The notes: a model not told the origin generated them from the letters alone. A DNA stretch of 64,000 bases from an uncultured Desulfospira sp. (GCA_963663165.1 OY760175.1:4160001-4224000); one strand, 5' to 3'; shown: positions 9,856 through 21,045, numbered from the stretch's first letter. A program made the numbers and translations.

Positions 9856-11247
9856 ATGAATTCAGCACTGAAAAAAGAATTAATCCAAATCCTGGGGGCA
9901 GACAACCTGATGACGGATATGGAGGACAGGATGAGTTACGCGTATGATGCGGCCGTGCTGGAGCCCCAAACCCCCATGGCCGTTGCCATGCCCCGGAACA
10001 CAGAAGCCGTGGGCAAGGTTATCCGGTTATGCCATGAAAACGGCATTCCCCTGACGGTCAGGGGGGCCGGCACCAATCTTAGTGGCGGAACCATCCCCGA
10101 CCCCGGCGGGATTGTCCTGCTCACCAACCGGTTTAACCGGATTCTTGAAATCAATGAACAGGACATGTACGCCGTGGTCCAGCCCGGCGTGGTCACCGCA
10201 ACCCTGGCAGCAGCCGTGGAAAGCAAGGGGCTGTTCTATCCTCCGGACCCGGGCAGTCAGGCCGTCTCCACGCTGGGAGGCAATGTGGCGGAAAACGCCG
10301 GCGGGCTTCGGGGGTTGAAATACGGGGTAACCAAAGATTATGTCATGGGCCTTGATTTTTTTGATGCCCAGGGCGGGTATATAAAGACCGGGTCAAAAAC
10401 CGTGAAATGTGCTACCGGATATAATATTACCGGCCTGATGGTGGGGTCGGAAGGAACCCTTGGCGTGCTAGACACCATTATCTTAAAGCTGATCCCCTAT
10501 CCCAAAGCCAGGAAATCCATGATTGCCGTATATGACGCCATAGAAACCGCATCCGAGGTGGTGTCGGCCATTATTGCCGCAAGAATTGTTCCCGCCACCC
10601 TGGAAATCCTGGACAACTTTACCATCCGGGCCATTGAAGACTATACCAAAGCCGGCCTGCCCGTGGATGCGGCTGCCCTGCTGCTCATTGAAGTGGACGG
10701 CCATCCCGCTGAGGTGGCCGAAGAGGCCGGGCAGGTGGAAACCCTGTGCAAAGAATATGGGGCTACGGATATTAAAACAGCCAGGACCGATGAAGAACGC
10801 GACAAGGTCTGGTCGGCCCGCAGGGCGGCGTTGTCTGCCCTGGCCAAACTAAGGCCCACCCTTGTCCTGGAAGACGCCACCGTGCCCAGAAGCCGGATTC
10901 CGGAAATGGTCAAGGCCCTTCAGCAGATCGGAAAAGACTTTAACCTGAGCATTGGCACGTTTGGCCATGCCGGGGACGGCAACCTTCATCCCACCATTCT
11001 GACCGACCGCCGGGACAAAAAAGAGTGGGAAAGGGTCGAGGCCGCCATTGAACAAATTTTTGACAAGGCCCTGGCCATGGGCGGCACCCTTTCCGGCGAA
11101 CACGGCACCGGGATCGCCAAAGCCCCGTTTCTGGAAAAGGAGGCCGGGGCCTCGACCATACTATTCTCGCAAAGGCTTCGAAAGGCCCTGGACCCCAAAG
11201 GCATCCTTAACCCGGGCAAAATCACAGGAGTGCCCCGTCATGGATAA
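9856..11247 (+). CDS. FAD-linked oxidase, GlcD-like (D-lactate/glycolate dehydrogenase subunit)
   Basis: RGAGTNLSGG, YPPDPGS, GSEGTLG, GHAGDGNLH, SGEHGTG. Confidence 0.92.
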   Translation: MNSALKKELIQILGADNLMTDMEDRMSYAYDAAVLEPQTPMAVAMPRNTEAVGKVIRLCHENGIPLTVRGAGTNLSGGTIPDPGGIVLLTNRFNRILEINEQDMYAVVQPGVVTATLAAAVESKGLFYPPDPGSQAVSTLGGNVAENAGGLRGLKYGVTKDYVMGLDFFDAQGGYIKTGSKTVKCATGYNITGLMVGSEGTLGVLDTIILKLIPYPKARKSMIAVYDAIETASEVVSAIIAARIVPATLEILDNFTIRAIEDYTKAGLPVDAAALLLIEVDGHPAEVAEEAGQVETLCKEYGATDIKTARTDEERDKVWSARRAALSALAKLRPTLVLEDATVPRSRIPEMVKALQQIGKDFNLSIGTFGHAGDGNLHPTILTDRRDKKEWERVEAAIEQIFDKALAMGGTLSGEHGTGIAKAPFLEKEAGASTILFSQRLRKALDPKGILNPGKITGVPRHG

Positions 11248-12568
11248 AATCAGCGCCCTGGCCGTACGGGTGAAAGAACTGGAAGACCAGCTTGCGGTAT
11301 GCATGCGTTGCGGCATGTGCCAGGCCGTCTGCCCCCTGTTTGAACAGACCGGGCGGGAAACGGATGTGGCCAGGGGCAAACTGGCCCTGCTCTCAGGATT
11401 GATGTCCCGGATGTTTGATGATCCCAGGGGGGTGGCGGACCGGCTCAACAAATGCCTGTTGTGCGGCGCCTGTGCCGCCAATTGTCCATCCGGCGTGAAT
11501 GTGCTTGATATTTTTATCCGCGCCCGGGCCATTCTGACTGAATATGCCGGGCTTTCGGCCCCTAAAAAACTGGTTTTAAGGCAGGTGCTTTCAAATCCGG
11601 AACGGTTTAACACGGTGGTGGGTCTGGCTGAAAAGTTCCAGGGGATGATGGTGAAAAGCCGGGAGTCCGTCCAGGGCACCTCTTGTGCCCGGTTTGGTTC
11701 GCCATTGCTGTCCGGCCGCCATTTTCTGCCCCTGGCCAAAAACCCTTTTCACCGCTGCCGGACTGCCCCGGTTTCGGCAAAAGGCCATTCAGGCCCCAGG
11801 GTGGTGTTGTTTACCGGCTGTCTGATCGACAAGCTCATGCCCGACATCGGCCATGCCGTGGTAAAGGTTATGGCCCATCACAGGGTCAACCTTCTGGTTC
11901 CTGAGACCCAGGGCTGCTGCGGCATACCGGCCCTTGCCTCAGGGGATCGAAAAACCTTTGACACCCTGGTCAGCCACCATATCCGCCTGTTCAAAAAGCA
12001 GCCGTTTGACTATCTGATCACGGCCTGCGCTACCTGCACGTCTACGGTGAAAAAACTATGGCCGTCAGTTTTTAAAGGCGCGGCCAATGAAAATGAATAT
12101 ATCAAAGAACTTTGTGCCAAAACAATGGATGTTAACCAGTTTCTCGTGGATGTGATAAAGGTGCCGGTACCGGACATGCCCGGGGAAGGAAAGGAGGCGG
12201 TCACCTACCACGATCCCTGCCACCTGAAGAAATCTTTGGGAATCTTTGCCCAGCCCAGAACCCTGATAAGGGCTGCCGGCCATCCGTTAAAAGAGATGGC
12301 GGCTCCGGATAAATGCTGCGGCATGGGCGGAAGTTTCAATCTTTTCCACTATGAAATTTCCATGAAAATCGGATCCATCAAGCGACAGAACATTGTTGAC
12401 ACCGGGTGCCCTACGGTTGCTTCGGGCTGTCCGGCCTGCATCATGCAGATCAGCGACATGCTTTCAAGAAAAAAGGACGATATAAAGGTTGTCCATCCGG
12501 TTCAATTGTATGCCCGGCACCTGGATAATGATGATCCGGCCGCCCGCGGACAACAGAAAAAGGCTTGA
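11240..12568 (+). CDS. Fe-S subunit, GlcF-like (2x4Fe-4S plus CCG domains)
   Basis: CMRCGMCQAVCP, CLLCGACAANCP, two CCG motifs, YHDPCH; AGGAG before MDKISA. Confidence 0.9.
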   Translation: MDKISALAVRVKELEDQLAVCMRCGMCQAVCPLFEQTGRETDVARGKLALLSGLMSRMFDDPRGVADRLNKCLLCGACAANCPSGVNVLDIFIRARAILTEYAGLSAPKKLVLRQVLSNPERFNTVVGLAEKFQGMMVKSRESVQGTSCARFGSPLLSGRHFLPLAKNPFHRCRTAPVSAKGHSGPRVVLFTGCLIDKLMPDIGHAVVKVMAHHRVNLLVPETQGCCGIPALASGDRKTFDTLVSHHIRLFKKQPFDYLITACATCTSTVKKLWPSVFKGAANENEYIKELCAKTMDVNQFLVDVIKVPVPDMPGEGKEAVTYHDPCHLKKSLGIFAQPRTLIRAAGHPLKEMAAPDKCCGMGGSFNLFHYEISMKIGSIKRQNIVDTGCPTVASGCPACIMQISDMLSRKKDDIKVVHPVQLYARHLDNDDPAARGQQKKA

Positions 12569-12652
12569 TATTCGAAAATTTTTAATCAATATTAGATCAT
12601 CAAACATAAAAATACCCCAAGTATTAACAGCCAACAGCCAGATGAACCAAAC

Positions 12653-13363
12653 ATGACCATACCCATTAAACCCATTCAACCCCAACGGATCTCAGACCAG
12701 GTTTTTGAACAGATAAGGGAACTGATTTTCAGGGGAAAACTCAAGCCCGGCGAAAAGCTGATGACCGAACGGGAACTGGCCCAGGCCATGAACGTTAGCC
12801 GGACAGCCATCAGAGATGCGGTCCAGCGCCTTTCCGCCATGGGGCTCATTGTCCGCAAACAGGGCCAGGGCACCTTTGTCAAATCCTATGACCCTGAGCC
12901 GACCAATCCCCTGGTCAAGGCCATGGAAGAGCAGAACGCCACCCTGAACCATCTTCTGGAAGTCCGGATGGGGCTTGAGTGCAATGCCGCATCCATGGCG
13001 GCTCGGCGTGCTGATGAATCCGATATCAACTCCATGAACCAGAGCATGGAAGAGATGCGCCGGGAAATCGCCTCGGGCCGCCTGGGAACCCAGGCCGACA
13101 CCGCCTTTCACATGGCCATTGCCTATGCGGCAAAAAATCCCCTTCATATCCTGATCATGCGCAATTTTTACGATTACCTGACCCACAATATTCGGGAAAA
13201 CCTGGAATCCCTTTACCAGGAAGCTGAAAACACCAGAATTATCCTGAATCAGCACCAGAATATTCTTACCGCCATTATGGCCAGGGACGGGGATTCGGCA
13301 CTGGAGGCCATGAAAACCCATATCCGGTTTGTTATGGATTTTTTCAAGGAAAAATCAACCTGA
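12653..13363 (+). CDS. FadR/GntR-family regulator (LldR/GlcC-like)
   Basis: wHTH LKPGEKLMTERELAQAMNVSR; FCD-like DTAFH. Confidence 0.92.
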   Translation: MTIPIKPIQPQRISDQVFEQIRELIFRGKLKPGEKLMTERELAQAMNVSRTAIRDAVQRLSAMGLIVRKQGQGTFVKSYDPEPTNPLVKAMEEQNATLNHLLEVRMGLECNAASMAARRADESDINSMNQSMEEMRREIASGRLGTQADTAFHMAIAYAAKNPLHILIMRNFYDYLTHNIRENLESLYQEAENTRIILNQHQNILTAIMARDGDSALEAMKTHIRFVMDFFKEKST

Positions 13364-13522
13364 ACAGTTAGGGCCCCTGGTTTTTGCCTATTTTTCAGCA
13401 TTAGCTGAATAGTTAATATGTGCCTTTTGGTGTAACGCAGGATACGGACAAAAAGGCAAGCAAGATGGGGGAGTTATTTCTTTCCGAACCCCTTACCCTG
13501 AACCAAAAGTAAAGGAGCGGGC

Positions 13523-14707
13523 ATGCGTTATCTTGTCCTCCTGTCAGCCGTTGTTATGCAGATCTGCCTGGGTGCCACCTACTCCTGGAGTGTTTATGTC
13601 CAGCCCCTTAAAACATTGACCGGCCTTGCCCAGGGGCCGGTCCAGCTCCCGTTTAGCCTGTTTTATTTTGCTTTTCCGGCGACCATGATGATTGCCGGCC
13701 ATTTTCTGCCCCGCATGGGGCCAAGAAAAAGCGCGGTGGCCGGAGGGCTTCTTTTCGGGGGAGGATGGCTGGTGGCCGGCCTGGGAAGCAAAAGTTTCTG
13801 GTTCACCGTTCTGGGCATCGGCGGCCTGGCCGGCATGGGCGCGGGCATGGCCTATATCGTTCCCATTGCCGTATGCATCAGCTGGTTTCCCAAAAGCAAG
13901 GGACTGGTGACCGGGATTGCCGTGGCCGGTTTCGGCGGCGGTGCCGCCCTGGTCAGCCAGGTGGGCGGCCACCTTATTTCCGGGATGGGCATGACGCCTT
14001 TTCAGACATTTTTTATATTTGGCGGCCTGTTTTCCGTATTGATTTCCCTTTCCGGATCATTGATGCATTTCCCGCCGGGAAAATTAAGCGGCAAAAACCG
14101 GCCTGCCAGGACATTAAAACCGGGGCAAGTGGTGCGGCATCCTGATTTTTACATGCTTTATGCGTCCATGTTCATGGGGCTTGCGGCCGGATTTGCCGTA
14201 AACGCCAATCTAAAAGAACTGTACCAGGGCGCTGGAAATGGTGTCAGCATAGGGGTGACGGCTGTGTCTGTATTTGCCCTGGCCAATGCGGCCGGCCGGG
14301 TGATCTGGGGCGCGGTTTTTGACCGGATCAGCGCTTCGGCAGCCATTCAGGCCAACCTGATCAGCCAGGCCCTTGTCTTGGCAGTGTCCCCGTTTCTTGC
14401 CACCACTGCTTTGGGGTTCTGGGCACTGGCCTTTATTGCCGGGTTCAATTACGGCGGGGTTCTGGTAATTTATGTATCCTCCGCTTCAAGGGCCTGGGGT
14501 GCGGCCCATATCGGCCAGGTCTACGGCTGGCTTTTTACCAGCAACATCCCGGCCTCTTTATCGCCTATTCTGGCCGGGCTGTTCTATGACCGGTTCCATA
14601 CTTTTAACGGATTTCTTTTTATTTTGTCCGGCCTGCTGATTGCTGCCGCAGGCATGGTCCACGCCCGGCCTGAACCCGTTAACCGGTCGGCTAATTCCGA
14701 AAACTGA
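13523..14707 (+). CDS. MFS transporter, oxalate:formate antiporter (OFA) family
   Basis: QICLGATYSWSVY, WFPKSKGLVTGIAVAGFGGG, NAAGRVIWG. Confidence 0.88.
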   Translation: MRYLVLLSAVVMQICLGATYSWSVYVQPLKTLTGLAQGPVQLPFSLFYFAFPATMMIAGHFLPRMGPRKSAVAGGLLFGGGWLVAGLGSKSFWFTVLGIGGLAGMGAGMAYIVPIAVCISWFPKSKGLVTGIAVAGFGGGAALVSQVGGHLISGMGMTPFQTFFIFGGLFSVLISLSGSLMHFPPGKLSGKNRPARTLKPGQVVRHPDFYMLYASMFMGLAAGFAVNANLKELYQGAGNGVSIGVTAVSVFALANAAGRVIWGAVFDRISASAAIQANLISQALVLAVSPFLATTALGFWALAFIAGFNYGGVLVIYVSSASRAWGAAHIGQVYGWLFTSNIPASLSPILAGLFYDRFHTFNGFLFILSGLLIAAAGMVHARPEPVNRSANSEN

Positions 14708-16553
14708 TTTCTATATGATATGCCCCCCCATCCAGGTTCGCCTCCATGGGCAGCCCGAGTTTTTCAAACACCTTGATCATGGGGTAATTATCCGGCATCA
14801 CCTCTGCGGTAATTCCCTTGAATCGCTGTTTTTTACCGAAATCCACCAGCAGTTTGAGCATGAATGAGCCAATGCCGATGCCCTGATATGCCTGGTCAAT
14901 GAGAAAGGCCACCTCTCCGGAATAGGTTCGTTCATCCCGGATCAACCGGGCTTCGGCAACAATCTGGTTCTGCTCTTCACTGGTGTCCACCATGCCGACG
15001 ATGGAGACTTCCCTGCTGTAATCCACGTTCACATACTTTTGCATTTTATCGTGGGCCATGGTCTTAATGGCGTAAAAGAACCGGTAGTAAATGGCCTCTT
15101 TGGAGCACCGGTAAAAAAAGCGGCGCATGGCCTCTTCGTCCGATGGCTTGATCCCCCTAAACCGGATTTCCTTTCCCCCTTTGAAGGTCTGGGTGCAGTC
15201 CAGGTAGGAGGGGTAATACCGTGCTGAATTGGGGATAAAAATCTGGTCGGGATAGATCAGCTGCTGTTCCTTTGCTTTTTCAACCAGCTCCTCCCGGTCG
15301 TCGGGATGGGCAATGTCGATGATGGCCTGGGCCCGCTCCCTTAAGGTTTTCCATTTCAGGTTGGCCACGCCGTATTCGGTGGCGATCATGTGAACCGATT
15401 CTTTTAAGCGGAGCTGGTTGGCATAGTTTTGAACGCTTAACAGAATATTGGGCTCCCCTTTTTCATTTCTGGAGGGAAGGCCGATAATGGTGGCCCCGTC
15501 TGCGGATGCCTCGGCCCCCTTGTAAAAGTCAATTCCCTCTCCAGGGCCGGTGATCACCGCCCCTTTCAGGGGGAAGGCCGCGCCCCCGAGAAGGTCCACC
15601 TTTCTGACCTCGTAGATGGCGACAAACTGGGGGTTCTGGGCAATGAGCTGGGAGTTGCACACCCAGTTGATTCCCTGGAATTCCACCAGGGGATTCCGGT
15701 TCAGCCACTTCATAAGGCGCTTGGTCCCAAGGGCATAGGATGCAAGACTTTTTCCCCGGAAAGGGGATTTGAACCGGTTGGTCACGGCCCCGGAATTGAC
15801 CAGCTCGGCCAGGGCATCGGTAAAATAAAGGGAATGAACCCCCAGGTCCTTTTTGTCGCTAAGGTGGGGGACCAGGGCTTCAAACAAGGAGCCAAGGCCG
15901 TAATTGATGCAGTCTCCGTCTTTGATCACCGACGCCACATTGGCGGCCACCTGGTTCATCAGCTCGGAAACCGTGGGCGGTGCATAGGTGACCGGCTCGT
16001 GCTCAGACCGGACCAGAAGGTCAAAATCTTCAATAGAAACAAGGGTATCGCCATAGGTAAAGGGGATATCGCGGCTGACCTCCCCCACCACCAGAGATGC
16101 CTGTTCCATAACCTCCCTTGCCACGTCCACGGCCCCGCCAAGGCTGCAATACCCGGCGTCATCCGGCGGTGTGATCTGGATAAACGCCACGTCAATCTTG
16201 ATTTTTTTGGCCTTGATGATCTTGGGAATCTCCGAATAATAGGCCGGAATCAAGTCCACCTGGCCCGATGCGATGGTGTCCCAGGCCACATAACCGGAAA
16301 AAAATGTCTTTAACCGGTAATTGGGCGCATTGAGCCGGTCCACGGAAAGGATGGTCTCTCCCTGGACGGCCAGCTGCACCAGTTCGAGATCCCGTATGTT
16401 ATGGGAATCCACATCCAGAAGGCTACGAAGCAGGGTCCGGGGTGCTGCCGGACCGCTGCCGATAAAAACGGTCATGCCCGGGTTTATATGATTTAAAACC
16501 TTTTCAGGCGGGACCATGTTCTCTTCCCAGTTGGACACATCGAATTCTGGCAT
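14691..16553 (-). CDS. Acetyl-CoA hydrolase/CoA-transferase fused to a C-terminal GNAT domain
   Basis: PPDDAGYCSLG, ATEYGVANL, IAHPDDREEL, then EVAFLIDQAYQGIGIG. Confidence 0.88.
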   Translation of the reverse strand: MPEFDVSNWEENMVPPEKVLNHINPGMTVFIGSGPAAPRTLLRSLLDVDSHNIRDLELVQLAVQGETILSVDRLNAPNYRLKTFFSGYVAWDTIASGQVDLIPAYYSEIPKIIKAKKIKIDVAFIQITPPDDAGYCSLGGAVDVAREVMEQASLVVGEVSRDIPFTYGDTLVSIEDFDLLVRSEHEPVTYAPPTVSELMNQVAANVASVIKDGDCINYGLGSLFEALVPHLSDKKDLGVHSLYFTDALAELVNSGAVTNRFKSPFRGKSLASYALGTKRLMKWLNRNPLVEFQGINWVCNSQLIAQNPQFVAIYEVRKVDLLGGAAFPLKGAVITGPGEGIDFYKGAEASADGATIIGLPSRNEKGEPNILLSVQNYANQLRLKESVHMIATEYGVANLKWKTLRERAQAIIDIAHPDDREELVEKAKEQQLIYPDQIFIPNSARYYPSYLDCTQTFKGGKEIRFRGIKPSDEEAMRRFFYRCSKEAIYYRFFYAIKTMAHDKMQKYVNVDYSREVSIVGMVDTSEEQNQIVAEARLIRDERTYSGEVAFLIDQAYQGIGIGSFMLKLLVDFGKKQRFKGITAEVMPDNYPMIKVFEKLGLPMEANLDGGAYHIEISFRN

Positions 16554-16856
16554 GGTTGGCTCCTTGGATCAGATTGTTGCGGGAAAATGCACGGATTGTC
16601 TATGCCATATTTATATCAGCAATAAAACGGTTTCGCAAGAAACCGGAAAAAATATGATTTTTTTGTAAAATAGTTCATTTTTTTTCTAAAGCTTTATATA
16701 TTGGCGATATTGGCAGGGCGAAAATGAAATGGACTTTTGCCAGCAAAAAGGTTAGGTTATGGTAATTAAATTTCAATTATAGTATTTCATGATATCACAT
16801 CCATTTTATGATTAAATTCGATTCAGCTGCTTTTTTTCCGAAAAAAGGGGACGTTA

Positions 16857-18302
16857 ATGCTTAAAGAACGCCGTTCATTTACCGTTAACTGCCAGAGGTT
16901 TGTTGATCTGGGAATAACCGGATCTTCTTTTCTGTTGGCCTATGGAATTAAAAAATTCCTTTTATCCGGTGAATATAAAGGGTTGTCCACAGAACCCAAC
17001 TATTATTTGATTCTGCTTCTGGCCATGCTGTCCTGGCACATTTCCCTGAACTGGATGGGAATGTATGGCCTGTACTTTCGCAAGAACCATTTCCGGCAGT
17101 ATTTTACCACCATTTTAAAATCCTGCTGCCTGGGGATTTTTTTGTTGAGCCTGGCCATGTACGCCATGCATATCCAGGAGGTCAGCCGTGTCCTGATCTC
17201 CATATTTTTCTTTTTAAATATTTTTTTTCTGGCCGTGACCAAATATGCGGCCCAGAAAATATTAAAAAAGGTCAGGGCCCGGAGGTTTAATACTAAAAAC
17301 GTCATCATCGTCGGCAGTGGGAACCGGGCAAAGGAGGTCATTGCGGCCGTAAAAAATCAGGATGATACACGGTTCACGATTTCAGCCTGTTTTGAGGTGG
17401 ACAGTGAAAGACTGGGCCAACCCATAGCCGAGGGGTACCGGGTGACCGGCCTGGTCAAGGACCTTGAAGACTATATGCAGACCCATGTGGTGGATGAACT
17501 GATTTTTGCCACACAGCTAAAAGGGGTGAAAGACGGGGACCGGTATATCGAACTTGCAGAAACACTGGGAATAAAGGTCCGGATTGTGCCGGACTGGGAA
17601 CTGCACCACCTGAAATACTACCCCAACCTGGCCCGGGTGGCATTCGGGGAGTTTTTGGGCATTTACAACATGACCCTCCAGTTCACCCCGCCAAATGAGG
17701 GAGAGCTGCTGCTGAAAAGCGCCTTTGATCTGGTTGTGGCCACCCTTTTGACCATTCTCTTGAGCCCGCTGCTCCTCGGGATTGCCATTGCCATTAAATT
17801 TTTTTCCCAGGGGCCGGCGCTTTACACCCAGGAGCGCCTGGGCCAGTATGGTAGAACATTTATGGTTTATAAATTCAGAACCATGGTGGAAGGGGCCGAC
17901 GAACTTTTAAAAGAACTGGCGGAAATGAATGAAGCAGACGGGCCGGTCTTTAAAATCAAAAATGACCCGCGAATTATCCCCTGGGTGGGCACCTTTCTCA
18001 GGAAAACCAGCCTGGATGAGCTTCCCCAGCTGTTCAACGTGCTCAAAGGGGAAATGAGCCTTGTGGGCCCCCGGCCCCCTATCCCCAAAGAGGTGGATGA
18101 ATACTCCATCTGGCAGCGTCGGCGGCTTTCCATGAAGCCGGGCATGACCTGCCTGTGGCAGATCGCGCCCCACAGAAACGAGCTGAGCTTTGAAGACTGG
18201 ATCCAGCTGGACCTGCAATACATCGACACCTGGTCTATATTTAACGACATCTGGATCCTGGTGCTGACCGCCCGGGCGGTTCTTACTGGCGCCGGGCAAT
18301 AG
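16857..18302 (+). CDS. Priming glycosyl-1-phosphate transferase (WcaJ/WbaP-like)
   Basis: N-terminal TMs; YKFRTM, DPRI, SLDELPQLFNVLKGEMSLVGPRP. Confidence 0.93.
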   Translation: MLKERRSFTVNCQRFVDLGITGSSFLLAYGIKKFLLSGEYKGLSTEPNYYLILLLAMLSWHISLNWMGMYGLYFRKNHFRQYFTTILKSCCLGIFLLSLAMYAMHIQEVSRVLISIFFFLNIFFLAVTKYAAQKILKKVRARRFNTKNVIIVGSGNRAKEVIAAVKNQDDTRFTISACFEVDSERLGQPIAEGYRVTGLVKDLEDYMQTHVVDELIFATQLKGVKDGDRYIELAETLGIKVRIVPDWELHHLKYYPNLARVAFGEFLGIYNMTLQFTPPNEGELLLKSAFDLVVATLLTILLSPLLLGIAIAIKFFSQGPALYTQERLGQYGRTFMVYKFRTMVEGADELLKELAEMNEADGPVFKIKNDPRIIPWVGTFLRKTSLDELPQLFNVLKGEMSLVGPRPPIPKEVDEYSIWQRRRLSMKPGMTCLWQIAPHRNELSFEDWIQLDLQYIDTWSIFNDIWILVLTARAVLTGAGQ

Positions 18303-18405
18303 CGGACAGAAAAGCCGCGTGTAACGGATCATATTTTTATAATCTAACCAAGGGGCACCAGGCTTGATCTTAGAGCCAAAACAAGACGTTCCTCGGCACG
18401 GTTAC

Positions 18406-18585
18406 TAACGGCCACGGGCCGCCTTGGTTATCCAGCCAAGAACCGCCCACAACGAATAATGAAAGTCTTATCAGGATGTTAGTGAGACTTTCATATAACG
18501 GCCACGGGCCGCCTTGGTTATCCAACCAAGAACTGCCCACAACAAATATTGAAAGCACTCAACAGGTTGCTGAGTCTTTCATATA
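18406..18585 (+). repeat. Two tandem 90-bp repeat units
   Basis: Units start at 18406 and 18496 (taacggccacgggccgccttggttatcca...ctttcata). Confidence 0.85.
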
Positions 18586-18626
18586 AAAAAGTTCAAAATT
18601 TGTTTGCGGCCACATCTTGAAGCAAC

Positions 18627-19031
18627 TCATGGGCAAATAAGTTTTATGTTTGGGAAATACGTTCTATATTTTGCAATGTCCCTTGTGACTAAGTCAAATG
18701 AAGATACTGTAGCGTGAGCACCAATGAAGAAATCCGGAAGGGTTGAACTTTTAGTGCCCTTTTTTCTTCGATACTCAAGGAATGTCTTTCCAGCCAAAAA
18801 CAAAGCTTCGCGTGGAATTTCCAGGACTTTTACACCCACTTGTTCAACAGCGTCCTCGACTTCTTCAATACGGTTGAAACCAATTGATATTTGGGTATAC
18901 ACAATTGAATTAATAAATAATGTATTCGTCTGGCTATACTGACTTAATACGTCTTCAGACCAGTTTCCCCATTTAGGATCATTCGTAAACAGATCAAGCA
19001 ACACACACGAATCAATGAAAATTCCGTTCAT
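18627..19031 (-). CDS. VapC/PIN toxin (distal cassette)
   Basis: IFIDSCVLLD, LPDFFIGAHA, VTRD. Confidence 0.9.
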   Translation of the reverse strand: MNGIFIDSCVLLDLFTNDPKWGNWSEDVLSQYSQTNTLFINSIVYTQISIGFNRIEEVEDAVEQVGVKVLEIPREALFLAGKTFLEYRRKKGTKSSTLPDFFIGAHATVSSFDLVTRDIAKYRTYFPNIKLICP

Positions 19032-19252
19032 TTTATTTTTCTTGTCATATTCATGATTTCGTCTGTAGACATTTTAGCTGTAGCAATCCCCCTTAACTTC
19101 GAAAATTTAGAGGTCGTTTTGTTTTTTGATACTTTGACCAGATAAAATCTTCCGTTATCTTCATGAAAATCAACGTCTGTCTCTGGAGCAATACCTAATA
19201 TTTCCCTTACATTCTTGGGGATAGTGACTTGGCCTTTTGTGGTTACACGCAT
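19028..19252 (-). CDS. AbrB/MazE-type antitoxin
   Basis: MRVTTKGQVTIPKNVREILG; AGGAG RBS; upstream palindrome agtaatac-N6-gtattact. Confidence 0.9.
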   Translation of the reverse strand: MRVTTKGQVTIPKNVREILGIAPETDVDFHEDNGRFYLVKVSKNKTTSKFSKLRGIATAKMSTDEIMNMTRKIK

Positions 19253-19321
19253 AATAAATCTCCTTTTATAAAGTAATACCAATATAGTATTACTTTTTGA
19301 TTCGTGCAACGATTTTTTGAA

Positions 19322-20215
19322 ATCGGGTAGCCGGGGGTAGTTATCTACCCCAGACCCCCTCAGAACCGTACGTGACAGTTTCCCGTCATACGGCTCAAGC
19401 ATTTCTAAGGCTAAGCCTTGCGGGGCCGCCCGGTTGTTTGAGCAATAATGAAATTTACAGTCATTTCATAGCATGCGTCCTTGGGCATCGGCCAGGAAGT
19501 ACTGTTTTTTTTTCCTGGTCAAAGACATACGTCCTTTGAAAATGCCTTGGATGTAAATGCCGTACGCTCCTTTAACAACCTTTGCGATACGCATCTACAG
19601 TCTTTTAGCAGCATAAAGCTGCTGATGGGCGCACCAGCTAATGCCGTCATTTGCTTTCCCATCTTAAAAGATTCTCTAAACTCTCTCGCAAAGAAACACC
19701 TGCCCGGGTGTGTCTGTAGTCACACCCGCCGGACGTCAGCTTCCTTTCGGACCGGGTAATATCGGGGTTTTCTCCTCAACCCGTATCCACCTCATTACGA
19801 GATGGCCTTCGCTTTTTCCTGCATCTTACGCCCGCACCCCCATCAGTGTGCCTTGCGGTTTCACCTGCCGAATGTTCCCGGCGAAGATACGGGGTTTCCA
19901 CGTTCCACATTATTGCCGATTAATGGATGACTTAGGCCTGCCCACTGCACCGGCGGCGCAACATCTCACGCGGCAGTTCCGACACCTGCATCCTGACCAC
20001 TCACCTTTTGGTCCAAGCTTACCAGCCTCTTTAGCTTGTTCTCCCTGACGACGCTTAAGGAACATTCAATTAATTTGACCATATCATCCAAACCCTTGCC
20101 CTCACCCGGAATGAGGCTTCCAGGAGGGTATCCACCTCACGGCTTCCACCCCTTCCGCAACTGCGGAATTCGGTACTTTGTCGGTTGGGCTTCACACCGT
20201 TGCCGGATGCACCGG
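19322..20215 (-). mobile_element. Group II intron copy E, ORF-less, 5' end deleted
   Basis: Domain V GAGCCGTATGACGGGAAACTGTCACGTACGGTTC, 3' end ACCCGAT; homology to other copies stops at 20215. Confidence 0.88.
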
Positions 20216-21045
20216 CCATTGCCAGAACCATGAAACAAGTCAATGGATCGACCGGCAGCAAAATAAACTGTTTCATGGTGACTTTTACCTATCCCTGTCA
20301 GTTCAGAGATGTGGCATATCTGAATCAACGGGCAGTTTATTCTCTGATGTTTTCATGTGTATCCGGCACTTTGAAAGATTTTGGGCTCAACCCACGGCAC
20401 CTTGGTGCTCAGATCGGTATAACCATGGTCCTTCACACCAATAGCAGAAGATTGGACTTTCACCCGCATATTCACGTAATTGTTCCAGGTGGCGGTGTTG
20501 ATCCATCCAGACGGCAATGGAAAAAGAAAAAGGCAAGTATTTGTTTAACCAGAAAGCCCTGGCCAAGGTTTTCCGGGCACGTTTCCTGGATGGATTGAAC
20601 AAAAAAAATTTGCCGATCCCCAAAGGTGCTCGTCCCAAATGGGTTGTTGATTGTGAGAGGGTTGGAGCAGGTCTCTCTGCCCTGAAGTATCTGTCCAGGT
20701 ATTTATACAGGGGAGTGATCAGCGAGCGTAATATTATTGCCAACCAGAACGGTCAGGTTACCTTCAGGTATATTGACGGCAAAACCAAAAAAGTATGTAC
20801 GCGAACCCTTAACGGCGAAGATTTCCTGCGCCTGATCCTGCTTCATGTATTGCCCCGGGGATTTCGCAGGGCAAGGGATTACGGTTTTCTTCATGGGAAT
20901 GCCAAAAAAACTGCTCTTTCTGGTACAGATGATTCTCCACGTACGGATTACGGCAATAGTGCGTCGGCCAAGGCCTGTGTTTAAATGCCCCCATTGCGGG
21001 CAGCCTATGAAAATCCTGGGGATAAAACCTGCCGGTGCGGGATAG
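20216..21045 (+). pseudogene. IS91-family (Y2 HUH) transposase, 5'-truncated and frameshifted
   Basis: Four frames give HCQNHE.., FMVTFT, HPHIH (HUH), YLSRY (Y2), HVLPRGFRRARDYG, CPHCG. Confidence 0.88.

Noticed and set aside
19253..19402. N-terminal extension of the AbrB antitoxin and similar short ORFs in intron copies
   Set aside because: They are translations of intron RNA domains; the real start with an RBS is at 19252.
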